NCBI RefSeq assembly: GCF_050920415.1
Contig: NZ_CP169309.1
Reading direction: 5' to 3' (one strand)
Length of the DNA: 64,000 nucleotides
Source of the DNA: Escherichia coli
GTDB taxonomy: Bacteria > Pseudomonadota > Gammaproteobacteria > Enterobacterales > Enterobacteriaceae
Part shown: positions 42,083 to 54,326 of the stretch, in pieces
Layout: the number at the start of each line of letters is the position of its first letter
Numbering within the stretch: the stretch's first letter is position 1
Made by a program: the position numbers and the translations under genes
The notes under the pieces: model-generated
What the model was told of the DNA's origin: nothing
What the model saw: only the letters and a program-made list of their open reading frames with translations
Databases searched by the model: none

Positions 42083-43348
42083 TTACGGTTTGAAGTCCAA
42101 TGGCGCGTTTTTGAACACTTCATATACTGCCTGGCTTGGTGGTTTCGGGATCTTCGCAAGTTTAGCTGCTGCCAACGCAGCCTGACAAAGTGCGGGATCG
42201 CCACCTTCAGGTTTGATATCCAGTAACATACCATCGGGTGCCAGTTTTATGCGCAGCGTACAGGTCTTGCCTGCATAGGACGATGCGTCATAGAACTTAC
42301 TTTCGATAGCAGATTTAATCTGCCCGGCATAGTTATTGATATCGGCCCCTGATGCGCCATTGTTTTTAGTATTACCACTCCCGGCAGGCGAAGCATTGTT
42401 CCCTTTCGCCCCTCCCCCCGTTTTCGGTGCATTCTTACCAGAGCTTAGCTCACCGAAAATATCATCTGCCTCTGCGGCCGCTTTTGCTGCAGCGGCTTTT
42501 TCAGCTGCAGCTTTTGCCGCTGCCGCTTTTTTGTCTGCGGCGGCTTTTTCTGCCGCTGCTTTCTTATCAGCTGCTGCCTTTTCAGCAGCCGCTTTTTCTG
42601 CTGCTTTTTTGTCGGCTGCAGCTTTCTCTGTCGCTGCTTTCTTATCAGCTGCAGCCTTTTCAGCAGCCGCTTTCTTCTCAGCTTCTGCCTTGGTTTTTTC
42701 AGCAGCTTCAGTTGCCGCTTTTTTTCTTGCTTCAGCTGCAGCTGCTTCTGCCGCTTCCGCTTTCTTCTTCAGCGCCGCAGCGGCTGCTTCGGCTTTTTTC
42801 TGCGCTTCGGCTGCGGCTTTGGCGGCTTCTGCTTCTGCTTTTTTCTTCGCGTCTGCAGCCGCTTTCTTCGCTGCTTCTTCCGCAGCTTTTGCATCCGCTT
42901 CAGCCTTCGCTTTAGCATCTGCCGCCGCTTTCGCTGCCGCCTCTTCCGCTTGCTTCTGCTTTAACTCGGCCTGTTTTGCGGCTTCTTCAGCCTGCTTTTT
43001 CTGCTCCTGAGCCGCTAACCGCTCTTTCTCAAGTTGCTTCAGGCGTTCCTGTTCAGCCGCTTGTTTCTCACGCAGTTCTTCCGCAGCCTGCTGTTCCTTC
43101 ATCTTGCGCTGCTCATCAGAACGCTTCGCGCTTGATTCCTGGCTTTGCATGCGTTTGTACTGCTCAACTACCGCACCTGAATCAACCATTACAGCGTCGA
43201 TGGACGAACCACCGCCGCCTCCGGCTGAAGCTTCTATATTCTCATCGAACGAACTCCAGATCAGCGCCGCAAATAAGATGACATGCAGCACTGCTGAAAT
43301 AATTATCGCCCGCTTGAGCTTGTCGTTTTGTTCGGTTGCCTTTGACAC
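42083..43348 (-). CDS. tolA: Tol-Pal system protein TolA (421 aa) with Ala/Lys/Glu-rich repetitive domain II
   Basis: N-terminal TM anchor, long AEKAAA-type repeat region, C-terminal domain III. Confidence 0.95.
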   Translation of the reverse strand: MSKATEQNDKLKRAIIISAVLHVILFAALIWSSFDENIEASAGGGGGSSIDAVMVDSGAVVEQYKRMQSQESSAKRSDEQRKMKEQQAAEELREKQAAEQERLKQLEKERLAAQEQKKQAEEAAKQAELKQKQAEEAAAKAAADAKAKAEADAKAAEEAAKKAAADAKKKAEAEAAKAAAEAQKKAEAAAAALKKKAEAAEAAAAEARKKAATEAAEKTKAEAEKKAAAEKAAADKKAATEKAAADKKAAEKAAAEKAAADKKAAAEKAAADKKAAAAKAAAEKAAAAKAAAEADDIFGELSSGKNAPKTGGGAKGNNASPAGSGNTKNNGASGADINNYAGQIKSAIESKFYDASSYAGKTCTLRIKLAPDGMLLDIKPEGGDPALCQAALAAAKLAKIPKPPSQAVYEVFKNAPLDFKP

Positions 43349-43412
43349 TCTCGGTTTCCAAAAACTGTTCGCCTGTTACCCGCTCTCTTTCAAGCAAGGG
43401 AAACGCAGATGT

Positions 43413-43841
43413 TTAGATAGGCTGCGTCATTAAACCAACCGATTTCACACCCGCACTATGTAACAAGTTCAGTGCTTTAATTATTTCATCGTAAGGCACA
43501 TCTTTTGCGCCACCGATCAGAAAGACCGTTTTCGGGTTGGCCTTGAAACGGCTGGACACTTCCGCCACCACCTGCTCTGGTGGTAAACGCTCCAGGCGAT
43601 CTTTCTCAACCATCACGGTGTACTGACCAATACCAGACACTTCAACAATCACTGGCGGATTATCGTTACTGCTCACCGCCTGTGATTCAGTAGCGTCTGG
43701 CAGATCGACCTCCACGCTCTGGGTGATGATGGGCGCTGTCGCCATAAAGATCAGCAACAGCACCAGCAGTACGTCCAGCAACGGTACAATGTTGATTTCG
43801 GACTTGAGATCGCGACGACCTCGTCCACGCGCTCTGGCCAT
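43413..43841 (-). CDS. tolR: Tol-Pal system protein TolR (142 aa)
   Basis: Matches TolR. Confidence 0.95.
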   Translation of the reverse strand: MARARGRGRRDLKSEINIVPLLDVLLVLLLIFMATAPIITQSVEVDLPDATESQAVSSNDNPPVIVEVSGIGQYTVMVEKDRLERLPPEQVVAEVSSRFKANPKTVFLIGGAKDVPYDEIIKALNLLHSAGVKSVGLMTQPI

Positions 43842-43844
43842 GGC

Positions 43845-44938
<1,094 letters not shown>

Positions 44939-45087
44939 TTTACATCCCGGTAATGCAACAAAAGTTAGAGCTTTTAAACGCTGCTACTATACGCGCGCGA
45001 TTGAGGTTTGGGAATGAGGGCAAGTTAAGGGAGCGTAAAAATTTATGGGCCTGAAGCGGCCCATAAATTTTTAAAGAGAATTCTGAT

Positions 45088-45381
45088 TTAAAAGAAGAAG
45101 AAAATCAGCCCGACAATGAGAACAATATCGGCAAGCAAAGGGCAAAAAATCCCTTGCCAGAGAACCTTCTGCGGACGAAAGCCCACGCCGTGAATAACAC
45201 CAGCACAGACGGCCCACATCAGCAATAAACCATGCCAGATTTCCAGTTCACTGGTCTTCGCGGCGAAACGTGACGGGTCCCAAAACATACATCCTGCTAA
45301 CAGAAGCGCCATCACGAAGGAAAGCGCCCGCAGGGGGCGCTTGTCCATTACCGCATACAAGGTTGCGATAATCTTACTCAT
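45088..45381 (-). CDS. ybgE: Cyd operon protein YbgE (97 aa)
   Basis: Small membrane protein downstream of cydX. Confidence 0.8.
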   Translation of the reverse strand: MSKIIATLYAVMDKRPLRALSFVMALLLAGCMFWDPSRFAAKTSELEIWHGLLLMWAVCAGVIHGVGFRPQKVLWQGIFCPLLADIVLIVGLIFFFF

Positions 45382-45494
45382 CAGATGTCTTCTTGACCGG
45401 CTTTGCCTGATTCGACGTGCTCAAGCGCCAGCGCGGTGATTACCCCAAACGAACAGGCAAGAAGCGTTCCCAGAATCCATGCGAAATACCACAT
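45381..45494 (-). CDS. cydX: Cytochrome bd-I accessory subunit CydX (37 aa)
   Basis: Translates to MWYFAWILGTLLACSFGVITALALEHVESGKAGQEDI; missed by the ORF track. Confidence 0.9.
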   Translation of the reverse strand: MWYFAWILGTLLACSFGVITALALEHVESGKAGQEDI

Positions 45495-45508
45495 TTTTAG
45501 CTCCTTAC

Positions 45509-46648
45509 TTAGTACAGAGAGTGGGTGTTACGTTCAATATCTTCTTTGGTGATACGACCGAACATTTTCCAGTAGCACCAGGCGGTGTAGAGCAGAATGA
45601 TCGGTACCAGAACCACCGCAACCCAGGTCATGACGTTAAGCGTCAGCTGGCTGGAAGTTGCATCCCACATTGTCAGACTTGCGTTCATCATGGTGCTGGA
45701 CGGCATCACAAACGGGAACATTGCAATACCGGCAGTCAGGATGATGCAGGCCAGCGTCAGGGAGGAGAACACAAACGCCCACGCCGCTTTATCCATACGT
45801 GCAGTCAGAATGGTCAGCAGAGGCAGAACCACACCCAGTACCGGAATAGCCCACAGAATCGGCGTGTTGTTGAAGTTCACCAACCATGCGCCAGCTTCAC
45901 GAACCACTTCTTTATTCAGCGGGTTAGATGCCGCGTAATGGTCCATTGTTGATTTCACAACATAACCATCGATACCGTACATCACCCATACGCCAGCCAG
46001 TGCGAAGCAGACCAGTGTCACCAGAGCCGCCACCTGAGCCGTTGCACGAGTACGCAGGTGCAGTTCGCCCACGGTGCGCATCTGCAGATAAGTCGCGCCC
46101 TGTGTAATGATCATCCCTACGCTCACCACACCTGCCAGCAAGCCGAACGGGTTAAGCAGCTGGAAGAAGTTACCGGTGTAGTACAGACGCAGATATTCAT
46201 CCACGTTGAACGGTACGCCCTGCAACAGGTTACCAAACGCCACGCCAATCACCAGCGGCGGAACGAAGCTACCAATGAAGATGCCCCAGTCCCACATGTT
46301 ACGCCAGCGGGTTTCTTCAATCTTGGAGCGGTAGTCAAAACCGACCGGACGGAAGAACAGAGACGCCAGCACGAGGATCATCGCGACATAGAAGCCGGAG
46401 AACGCAGCGGCATAGACCATCGGCCAGGCAGCAAACAGAGCGCCACCCGCAGTGATCAGCCATACCTGGTTACCGTCCCAGTGTGGTGCGATGGAGTTAA
46501 TCATAATTCGACGCTCGGTGTCGTTACGACCGAGGAAACGGGTGAGCATGCCCACCCCCATGTCGAAACCGTCAGTGACTGCAAAACCAATCAGCAGAAC
46601 GCCAACCAGCAGCCACCAGATAAAACGCAATACTTCATAATCGATCAT
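45509..46648 (-). CDS. cydB: Cytochrome bd-I ubiquinol oxidase subunit II (379 aa)
   Basis: Matches CydB. Confidence 0.95.
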   Translation of the reverse strand: MIDYEVLRFIWWLLVGVLLIGFAVTDGFDMGVGMLTRFLGRNDTERRIMINSIAPHWDGNQVWLITAGGALFAAWPMVYAAAFSGFYVAMILVLASLFFRPVGFDYRSKIEETRWRNMWDWGIFIGSFVPPLVIGVAFGNLLQGVPFNVDEYLRLYYTGNFFQLLNPFGLLAGVVSVGMIITQGATYLQMRTVGELHLRTRATAQVAALVTLVCFALAGVWVMYGIDGYVVKSTMDHYAASNPLNKEVVREAGAWLVNFNNTPILWAIPVLGVVLPLLTILTARMDKAAWAFVFSSLTLACIILTAGIAMFPFVMPSSTMMNASLTMWDATSSQLTLNVMTWVAVVLVPIILLYTAWCYWKMFGRITKEDIERNTHSLY

Positions 46649-46663
46649 TTGACGACTCCTGTC

Positions 46664-48232
46664 TTAGCGTGCCGGCTGAGTAGTCGTGGAAGACTGCTCA
46701 AAGTGATAGCGACCGGTTTTCAGGCTGCTTGGGCCGAGGCGTGCAAACTTGAACATCAAGAACAATTCTGCCACCAGGAACAGGGTATACAGGCCACAAA
46801 TCAGCACCATCGAGAAGATGAGGTCGCCTGCGGTCAGTGACGAGTTCGCTACAGCTGTCGGCAGCACTTCACCGATAGCCCAAGGTTGGCGACCATATTC
46901 AGCCACGAACCAGCCCGCTTCTACAGCAATCCACGGCAGCGGAATACCGTACAGTGCGGCGCGCAGCAGCCATTTTTTCTCGCCAATACGGTTGCGGATG
47001 ACACTCCAGAAAGAGAGCGCGATGATTGCCAGCAGCAGGAAGCCACACGCCACCATGATACGGAACGCGAAGTACAGCGGCGCTACACGTGGAATGGAGT
47101 CTTTGGTTGCCTGTTGAATCTGCGCTTCAGTCGCATCCGCCACGTTTGGCGTGTAGCGTTTCAGCAACAGACCGTAACCGAGGTCTTTCTTCATGCTATT
47201 GAACTGGTCACGAACCGCCTGGTCAGTAGACCCAGAACGCAGTTGCTCGAGCAGAGAGTACGCCTTCATCCCGTTACGGATGCGTTCTTCATGCTGCACC
47301 ATCAGCTCTTTCAGGCCGATAACCGGGGTATCCACGGAACGCGTTGCAATGATGCCCAGCGCGTAAGGGATCTGGATCGCAAATTTGTTCGTCTCCTCTT
47401 CCTGATCAGGAATGCCGAACAGAGTAAAGGCAGCAGGTGCAGGTTGCGTTTCCCACTCGGCTTCAATAGCAGCCAGTTTGGTTTTCTGCACGTCGCCCAT
47501 TTCATAACCAGATTCATCACCCAGAACAATAACAGACAGAACGGCAGCCATACCGAAGCTGGCAGCGATAGCAAAGGAGCGTTTAGCGAAGGCGAAGTCA
47601 CGACCTTTCAGCATATACCATGCGCTGATACCGAGGATGAACATCGCGCCAGTCACATAACCAGACGCTACCGTGTGAACGAATTTCACCTGAGCAACCG
47701 GGTTAAGCACCAGCTCGGAGAAGCTCACCATCTCCATACGCATAGTTTCAAAGTTGAAATCGGACGCGATTGGGTTTTGCATCCAGCCGTTCGCAACCAG
47801 AATCCACAGCGCGGACAGGTTTGAACCGAGCGCCACCAGCCAGGTGACACACATATGCTGAACTTTACCCAGACGATCCCAACCGAAGAAGAACAGACCT
47901 ACAAAGGTGGATTCGAGGAAGAAGGCCATCAGACCTTCGATTGCCAGCGGCGCGCCGAAAATATCCCCTACATAGTGGGAATAGTAAGACCAGTTAGTCC
48001 CGAACTGGAACTCCATGGTCAGACCGGTTGCCACACCCAGAGCGAAGTTGATACCAAACAACTTGCCCCAGAACTTGGTCATATCTTTATAAATCTGTTT
48101 GCCGGAAAGGACGTAGACCGTTTCCATAATGGCCAGCAGGAACGCCATACCGAGCGTCAGTGGCACAAAAAGGAAGTGGTACATCGCGGTCAAGGCAAAC
48201 TGTAAGCGCGACAGTTCGACTATATCTAACAT
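46664..48232 (-). CDS. cydA: Cytochrome bd-I ubiquinol oxidase subunit I (522 aa)
   Basis: Matches CydA incl. Q-loop. Confidence 0.95.
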
Positions 48233-48568
48233 CATGACTCCTTGCTCATCGCATGAAGACTCCGAGAGTGAACCCCGTTAGAAAGGGTCACACGCATGCC
48301 CCAATACAAAATTATTTGCTCGCCTCTATCGCTGCCTTTTCCTCAAAAGTGGAAAAGACAATGATAAAAAGTTACAAATATGTTAATGAATAAACCAAAT
48401 TGATCCCGTAATTATATTACGCCGCAAAATCCTTACAATAAACAGGTTTTTATTGAGCAAATTTGCATTTTTCGACAGTGATCAATTTATAGCGAAATTG
48501 TCACGACCTCACCAATTTGATCTACGACAATTTATCGTGTTTTGCAGATTTTTTTCAAGAATTAAAAA

Positions 48569-48582
48569 TTGATTTATATCAA
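48569..48582. promoter_or_regulatory. FNR-type site in the long AT-rich cydAB control region
   Basis: TTGATTTATATCAA (TTGAT-N4-ATCAA). Confidence 0.6.
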
Positions 48583-49035
48583 AACCAATCAAATATGTTA
48601 ATTATGTATAAACCATAGACCATTGGTAATTTTATTGTTAATTTATTGTGAAATATTTATGTAACACAATTATTACAATAAAAAGACATAGATAAAAAAC
48701 CAGTGTTTTATTTAACAGAATCGCCTTATCAACTTTTTATAATACCAATTGATTAGAGTAGCCAATTTGTTGCTATTTTACATAACATATTTTTATCAAA
48801 GTTAATTGATTGTTGCCTTTATGAGCATCGCCGTAAGACCGCCATGTTATTGTTTCATTTGTAATAATCACCAATAAGTATCGATGAGAGAGATATCGCT
48901 TAACAGAGGCGACTGTGTCTGCATGAACACAGGCAACTTTCGCCTGATAAACGAAAAATGAGCGATTTTTGCAAGTTAGTTTTTCTATAGCTGGGTACGC
49001 TGAGCGCCTCGCTTGATTACAATGAGGTTGCTGCC

Positions 49036-49980
49036 ATGGGTCTTGATAATATAGGTTCTGTTGTCAATCGCTTCTCTGGTTGGCCATCAAATGATCCTCT
49101 AAAAACAGATAACGAATCAATGACATCACCCGTGACTGTGCAGGTAATAAAGTTGATTGCCGCCATCCTTGACCCACATCGGATAGTCGTTGGTATCGAT
49201 ACACTCTATACAACGCAGCGCAAAACATTTACCTCAGAGGGTCAACAACTCATTGAATCAGCATTGAAAACACTTAATGTGATGAATTTAAATAACCTGG
49301 AAACAGATCGCGATGAGGAGGGTAACTATCTGGCTTTTGGATATAACGTTGACACTCCTGACAGAATAACCGTTTCTGCTTATAATGAAAAAAAACCTTT
49401 CTGTTATGGCCAATGTCTTTTAATACAGGATGAAGAACCAGATTTATTTAACCTGGTAAAAATTAAAACCTTTGAAGCCAGGCATAATTATGTTTCTAAA
49501 TTGATGAGCGATCCGGAATTTATGTTTAAATTCAGTTATAGCGCCCAACAAAATAGATTAGAACCTCATCTTCTGGTTCCCACTTATTTCCCTCTGAAAA
49601 CAAACCAACCGGTTACGCTAGAGGATTTACTGATACTTTATCGTTTCTTTAAAATGAATGGCGATTTTAATATATTAACATCAGATGAATACATGAGTAT
49701 CATGACACCTCTGATGAAGTGTGAGCGTAGTGTCCACGACCATAACAGGTATGTGACGGGCAAAGATGCTCTTCTTCTGGACAATCCTCCGTCTGGTAAC
49801 CAGATATATTTCCATATTTCCCCTGACGAATCAGCAACACTTGTCCTTTATTTTTCAGACAATAACCTTGAATCCTTCGTCTTTGAAAATGATATTCCGA
49901 GCCAGTATCGACATTTCAAAATGTTTACCAATTTAGCACTAGTTATTGATCAGTTAACCGACGCCAATCAAATACTTTAA
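49036..49980 (+). CDS. Hypothetical protein, AT-rich (314 aa)
   Basis: Long ORF with AT-rich codon usage unlike the flanking backbone; no family recognised. Confidence 0.5.
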   Translation: MGLDNIGSVVNRFSGWPSNDPLKTDNESMTSPVTVQVIKLIAAILDPHRIVVGIDTLYTTQRKTFTSEGQQLIESALKTLNVMNLNNLETDRDEEGNYLAFGYNVDTPDRITVSAYNEKKPFCYGQCLLIQDEEPDLFNLVKIKTFEARHNYVSKLMSDPEFMFKFSYSAQQNRLEPHLLVPTYFPLKTNQPVTLEDLLILYRFFKMNGDFNILTSDEYMSIMTPLMKCERSVHDHNRYVTGKDALLLDNPPSGNQIYFHISPDESATLVLYFSDNNLESFVFENDIPSQYRHFKMFTNLALVIDQLTDANQIL

Positions 49981-50059
49981 TTTTCTATACAGCCCTGTGT
50001 AAAATATTGCTAAACAGTGCCCGGGGTTGATTTTTATTCCTCACGGTGATATTTAAATC

Positions 50060-50482
50060 ATGACACCATCTCAGCTCTCTTTTAATACTCTTCCTGTCAA
50101 TGCAACATGCACTTCAGAGATAACAGTAAACACACAAAAATTCTCTGACATCCTCTACTCAGTGGGGTATTCCCTAAAGGATCTGGCTTATCTGAGCAGA
50201 TGTCTGGCATCATTACACCCAACACTCGCCAAAAACATTTATGAAACGGAAAATCTCAGCGATCAAAAATTACTTTATATAGATTGCCGTAGTACAAATG
50301 AAATCAAGATAAATATATTTTTGGGTCAAAAAAGAGAAGAATTAATCGAAATTAGTTCTGATACAGTCATTTTTTCGATACTGTCTTCATTGATTGACTC
50401 AGCTATTTCTGAACATCGACATCAAATCACCGTTAATGATTCAAATAATTCTGAACTATTTTATGAGGATTATACTGATTAA
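50060..50482 (+). CDS. Hypothetical acidic protein, AT-rich (140 aa)
   Basis: ORF co-oriented with and 80 nt downstream of 49036-49980. Confidence 0.45.
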   Translation: MTPSQLSFNTLPVNATCTSEITVNTQKFSDILYSVGYSLKDLAYLSRCLASLHPTLAKNIYETENLSDQKLLYIDCRSTNEIKINIFLGQKREELIEISSDTVIFSILSSLIDSAISEHRHQITVNDSNNSELFYEDYTD

Positions 50483-51024
50483 ATCCACTCTGTGCGAACC
50501 TGTCCTGCATTTATGCCAGAAGTATTAGAATCTTTGCTTAACGTTACTCATACAGTAGCACCTTCATGTGTCTCTCTTTTTTACGAACAATCAAAAGAAC
50601 TAACAAGGGGCATAATTCGTATAAATTATTAACCATTTGTTATATTCAACATTTTTTTACATTAAGCAGAGATGAATTGCAGTGAAATTCAAGTTAAATT
50701 TTACGAAATGTATTACTCATGGCTAAAAAATCTTCCCAAAATGCAAATTAGAAGTTGATCACAATTATCTCAATCCATCAAATCAAGATAATTTTAAAAA
50801 TTTAACATCAATGACAGCGGTTGGCATAACACACTGAATTAAAATGAAAATTTAAAAAACAATTTTTAAACAATCATTTCCCGAAAGACATTTTGAAAAT
50901 AGATCAATTGCAACATTACGGTCAGATAAAGACACTCCTCTGATATTAAACCTGTGCCGTTATGAACGGCCATAAATACGACGTGTGTAACTTAATTTAC
51001 TCTCTGTCTTACAAAGGATTACCC

Positions 51025-51474
51025 ATGAAGAAAGCAACACTTGTGATTGGCGTTATTGGCGCGGACTGCCATGCAGTAGGCAATAAAGTTCTGGACCGCG
51101 TTTTTAGCAACCATGACTTCAGAGTCATTAATCTGGGCGTAATGGTCAGCCAGGACGAATATATTGATGCTGCCATTGAAACTGGCGCTGACGCGATTGT
51201 CGTCTCCTCTATCTATGGGCATGGCGATATCGACTGTCTGGGCATGCGCGAACGCTGCATTGAGCGTGGCTTGGGGGACATCCTGCTCTATGTGGGCGGC
51301 AACCTGGTGGTCGGAAAACATGACTTCGCTGACGTGGAAACCAAGTTCAAAGAGATGGGATTTGATCGCGTCTTCGCCCCAAGTCATGACTTAGAAGATG
51401 TCTGCCAGCTGATGGCCCACGATATCAACCAACGTCATGGCGTTGAAACTTGCATTCTTGAAGAGGCAATCTGA
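51025..51474 (+). CDS. glmS: Glutamate mutase sigma subunit, B12-binding (methylaspartate mutase S; 149 aa from MKKATL)
   Basis: Close match to clostridial MutS/GlmS ([18 protein letters not shown]..., GDIDC...); symbol is not the glucosamine-6-P synthase. Confidence 0.85.
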   Translation: MKKATLVIGVIGADCHAVGNKVLDRVFSNHDFRVINLGVMVSQDEYIDAAIETGADAIVVSSIYGHGDIDCLGMRERCIERGLGDILLYVGGNLVVGKHDFADVETKFKEMGFDRVFAPSHDLEDVCQLMAHDINQRHGVETCILEEAI

Positions 51475-52862
51475 TGCAAATCGTCTCTGTCGATATTGGA
51501 TCGACGTGGACCAAAGCAGCCCTCTTCACCCGGGAGGGGGACGCGTTAACGTTGGTTAACCACGTTCTGACCCCAACCACCATCCATCATCTGGCAGAGG
51601 GATTTTTCTCCAGCCTTAACCAGGTGTTAAACGTAGATAATGCCCTCCCCCTGTTAAACCGCGGTGAGGTTGCATTGAAGTATTCCTCTTCTGCCAAAGG
51701 TGGGCTGGCGGTTGCCGCAATGGGAATAGTGCCTTCTATCACTCTGGAAACCGCGAAAGTAACCGCTCACTCTGCAGGTGCTAAAATTGCGCAATATTAC
51801 TCCTACAAGCTGAACCGCCGTGATATCCAGGCACTAGAAGAAACGCAGCCCGATATTCTCTTGTTCACCGGCGGCACCGACGGCGGAGAAGAAAGCTACG
51901 GACTGAATAACGCCCGTGTGCTGGCAGAATCCAAACTCGACTGCGCCATTATTTATGCCGGAAACCGGGATATTCAGGACAAGGTGCAGGAGACCCTCGG
52001 GCATAAAGACCTGACCATCGTCGACAACGTTCTGCCCGATCTTGACCATCCGAACCCTTTAGCTGCACGCCAGGCTATCTGCGACATATTCCTTAAACGC
52101 ATCGTTAAAGGGAAAGGGCTGGATGTCATTGTTGATAAAACAGGCGAAGAACCAATGCCGACACCATGGACGGTCTTTGAACTGGTGAAGGCAATCAGTA
52201 ACGTCGATCACAGCTGGAAAGAGTTCATGCTGATCGACATGGGCGGCGCAACCACCGATGTCTATTCCGCCTGTGCCAACACGCTCTCGCCCGACACTGT
52301 TTTACATGGCGTACCGGAACCCTTCGTAAAACGGACGGTGGAAGGCGATCTGGGAATGCGCGTCTCGGCAATGGTGGTTGGTGAAAGTGCGAAAGAGTTA
52401 GTCAGTGTGAATTTTGCTCAGCAACCCGCACAGTTGGACGCTTTTTATCATTACCTCCGTCATCTAGTCGCTCATCCCGACTACTTACCCGCGAATGCAG
52501 ATGAAAAATATTTCGATACCGTCCTGGCCGGACTGTGTGTGGGTTATGCCACCGAAAGACATGCGGGCACCAAAAAAGAGGTCTGCACCTGCGTCGGCAA
52601 TGTCGATTTACAGATGGGACGTGACCTGACAACCGTGCGTAAAGTCGTGGGTTCCGGCGGATGGCTCTCGCGTGCCAGTCAGTTCGATATGCATCACTGG
52701 TTGAAATACCGCGAGTTAAACGACGACGGTAAACGCATTCTCTTACCGACCGAATTTGAATATTACCGCGATTCCCGGGGGCTATTACCACTGCTGGCAA
52801 ACGTCGCCAGAGTCGATCCGCTGGCCGCCGCGCGCACCAGTATTCAATGCTTAACCCTATAA
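51474..52862 (+). CDS. glmL: Glutamate mutase-associated MutL/GlmL-like protein (462 aa)
   Basis: Conserved position between the S and E subunits; start overlaps the glmS stop. Confidence 0.65.
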   Translation: MQIVSVDIGSTWTKAALFTREGDALTLVNHVLTPTTIHHLAEGFFSSLNQVLNVDNALPLLNRGEVALKYSSSAKGGLAVAAMGIVPSITLETAKVTAHSAGAKIAQYYSYKLNRRDIQALEETQPDILLFTGGTDGGEESYGLNNARVLAESKLDCAIIYAGNRDIQDKVQETLGHKDLTIVDNVLPDLDHPNPLAARQAICDIFLKRIVKGKGLDVIVDKTGEEPMPTPWTVFELVKAISNVDHSWKEFMLIDMGGATTDVYSACANTLSPDTVLHGVPEPFVKRTVEGDLGMRVSAMVVGESAKELVSVNFAQQPAQLDAFYHYLRHLVAHPDYLPANADEKYFDTVLAGLCVGYATERHAGTKKEVCTCVGNVDLQMGRDLTTVRKVVGSGGWLSRASQFDMHHWLKYRELNDDGKRILLPTEFEYYRDSRGLLPLLANVARVDPLAAARTSIQCLTL

Positions 52863-52880
52863 CAATTAAGGCTGCAATCA

Positions 52881-54326
52881 ATGGAACTTCGAAATAAGAA
52901 ATTAACCCATGACGAATTCATGACCGAGCGGCAACAGGTATTGAAAACCTGGGAAACCGGCAAGGATGTTGAAAACTTTGAAGATGGCGTTAAATACCAA
53001 CAAACCATTCCTGAGCATAAACGCTTCTCTCTTGCCCTGCTGAAAGCAGACAAGGAAGGTAAAACCCTTAGCCAACCGCGCGCAGGCGTGGCGCTGATGG
53101 ACGAACACATCGAACTACTGAAAACACTACAAGAAGAGTGCGATCTGCTGCCGAGCACTATCGATGCATATACCCGTCTGAATCGGTACGAAGAAGCGGC
53201 TGTAGGGATTAAAAAATCCATCGAAGCCGGAACCTCTAAACTGAACGGTTTACCGGTAGTTAACCACGGCGTCGCAGCTTGCCGTCGCCTCACCGAAACT
53301 CTGCAAAAACCGCTACAGATCCGCCACGGCACGCCTGATGCGCGTCTGCTGGCTGAAATCTCGATGGCCAGCGGCTTTACCAGTTATGAAGGCGGCGGCA
53401 TTTCCTACAATATTCCGTATGCCAAGCGCGTAACGCTGGAAAAATCGATCCGCGACTGGCAGTACTGCGATCGTTTAATGGGGATGTATGAAGAACACGG
53501 GATCCGCATCAACCGCGAACCGTTTGGCCCACTAACGGGTACGCTAATCCCGCCGTTTATCTCGCACTCTATCGCAATAATCGAAGGCTTGCTGGCACTG
53601 GAACAGGGTGTGAAGTCTATCACCGTTGGTTATGGTCAGGTCGGTAGCCTGACGCAGGATGTTGCGGCGATCCAGTCTCTGCGGGAACTTGCACACGAAT
53701 ATTTTCAGAGCTATGGCTATACCGACTACGAATTAAGTACCGTGTTTCACCAGTGGATGGGAGGCTTTCCGGAGGACGAATCGAAAGCGTTCGCCATTAT
53801 CTCCTGGGGTGCTGCCGTCGCGGGGATGTCTGGTGCTACCAAAGTCATCACCAAAAGTCCGCACGAAGCCTGGGGCATCCCGACTGCTGCTGCCAACATT
53901 CAGGGGCTAAAAGCCTCCCGCCAGATGCTCAACATGGTCAACGAGCAGAAATTCCCGCCGTGCCCGGCGGTTGAACTAGAAATTGAACTGATTAAGAGCG
54001 AGGTTCGCGCTGTACTGAACAAAGTGTTCGAACTGGGCAATGGTGATATTGCGCGCGGTACGGTGCTGGCATTTGAAGCGGGCGTACTGGATGTGCCGTT
54101 TGCGCCAGCCGCCTGCAACGCAGGCAAAATTCTTCCGGTCCGTGACAACACCGGCGCGATACGCGTACTGGAAGCCGGAGCCGTTCCATTGCCAAAAGAT
54201 ATTCTCGACCTCCACCACGATTACGTTGCTGAACGCGCGCGCTTTGAAGGACGCCAACCGACATTCCAGATGGTTGTAGATGACATCAATGCTGTATCCC
54301 ACAGTAAATTAATAGGAAGACCATAA
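52881..54326 (+). CDS. glmE: Glutamate mutase epsilon (catalytic) subunit (481 aa)
   Basis: Size and sequence fit MutE/GlmE. Confidence 0.8.
   Translation: MELRNKKLTHDEFMTERQQVLKTWETGKDVENFEDGVKYQQTIPEHKRFSLALLKADKEGKTLSQPRAGVALMDEHIELLKTLQEECDLLPSTIDAYTRLNRYEEAAVGIKKSIEAGTSKLNGLPVVNHGVAACRRLTETLQKPLQIRHGTPDARLLAEISMASGFTSYEGGGISYNIPYAKRVTLEKSIRDWQYCDRLMGMYEEHGIRINREPFGPLTGTLIPPFISHSIAIIEGLLALEQGVKSITVGYGQVGSLTQDVAAIQSLRELAHEYFQSYGYTDYELSTVFHQWMGGFPEDESKAFAIISWGAAVAGMSGATKVITKSPHEAWGIPTAAANIQGLKASRQMLNMVNEQKFPPCPAVELEIELIKSEVRAVLNKVFELGNGDIARGTVLAFEAGVLDVPFAPAACNAGKILPVRDNTGAIRVLEAGAVPLPKDILDLHHDYVAERARFEGRQPTFQMVVDDINAVSHSKLIGRP

Noticed and set aside
42336-43010. Long antisense or alternative-frame ORFs over the tolA repeat region (e.g. 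42336-43010, 42427-42915) and likewise 4443-4962 over the prophage coiled-coil gene
   Set aside because: Low-complexity GC-rich repeats keep several frames open; the products are Ala/Ser/Leu/Phe-rich nonsense and the sense-strand genes are well supported.
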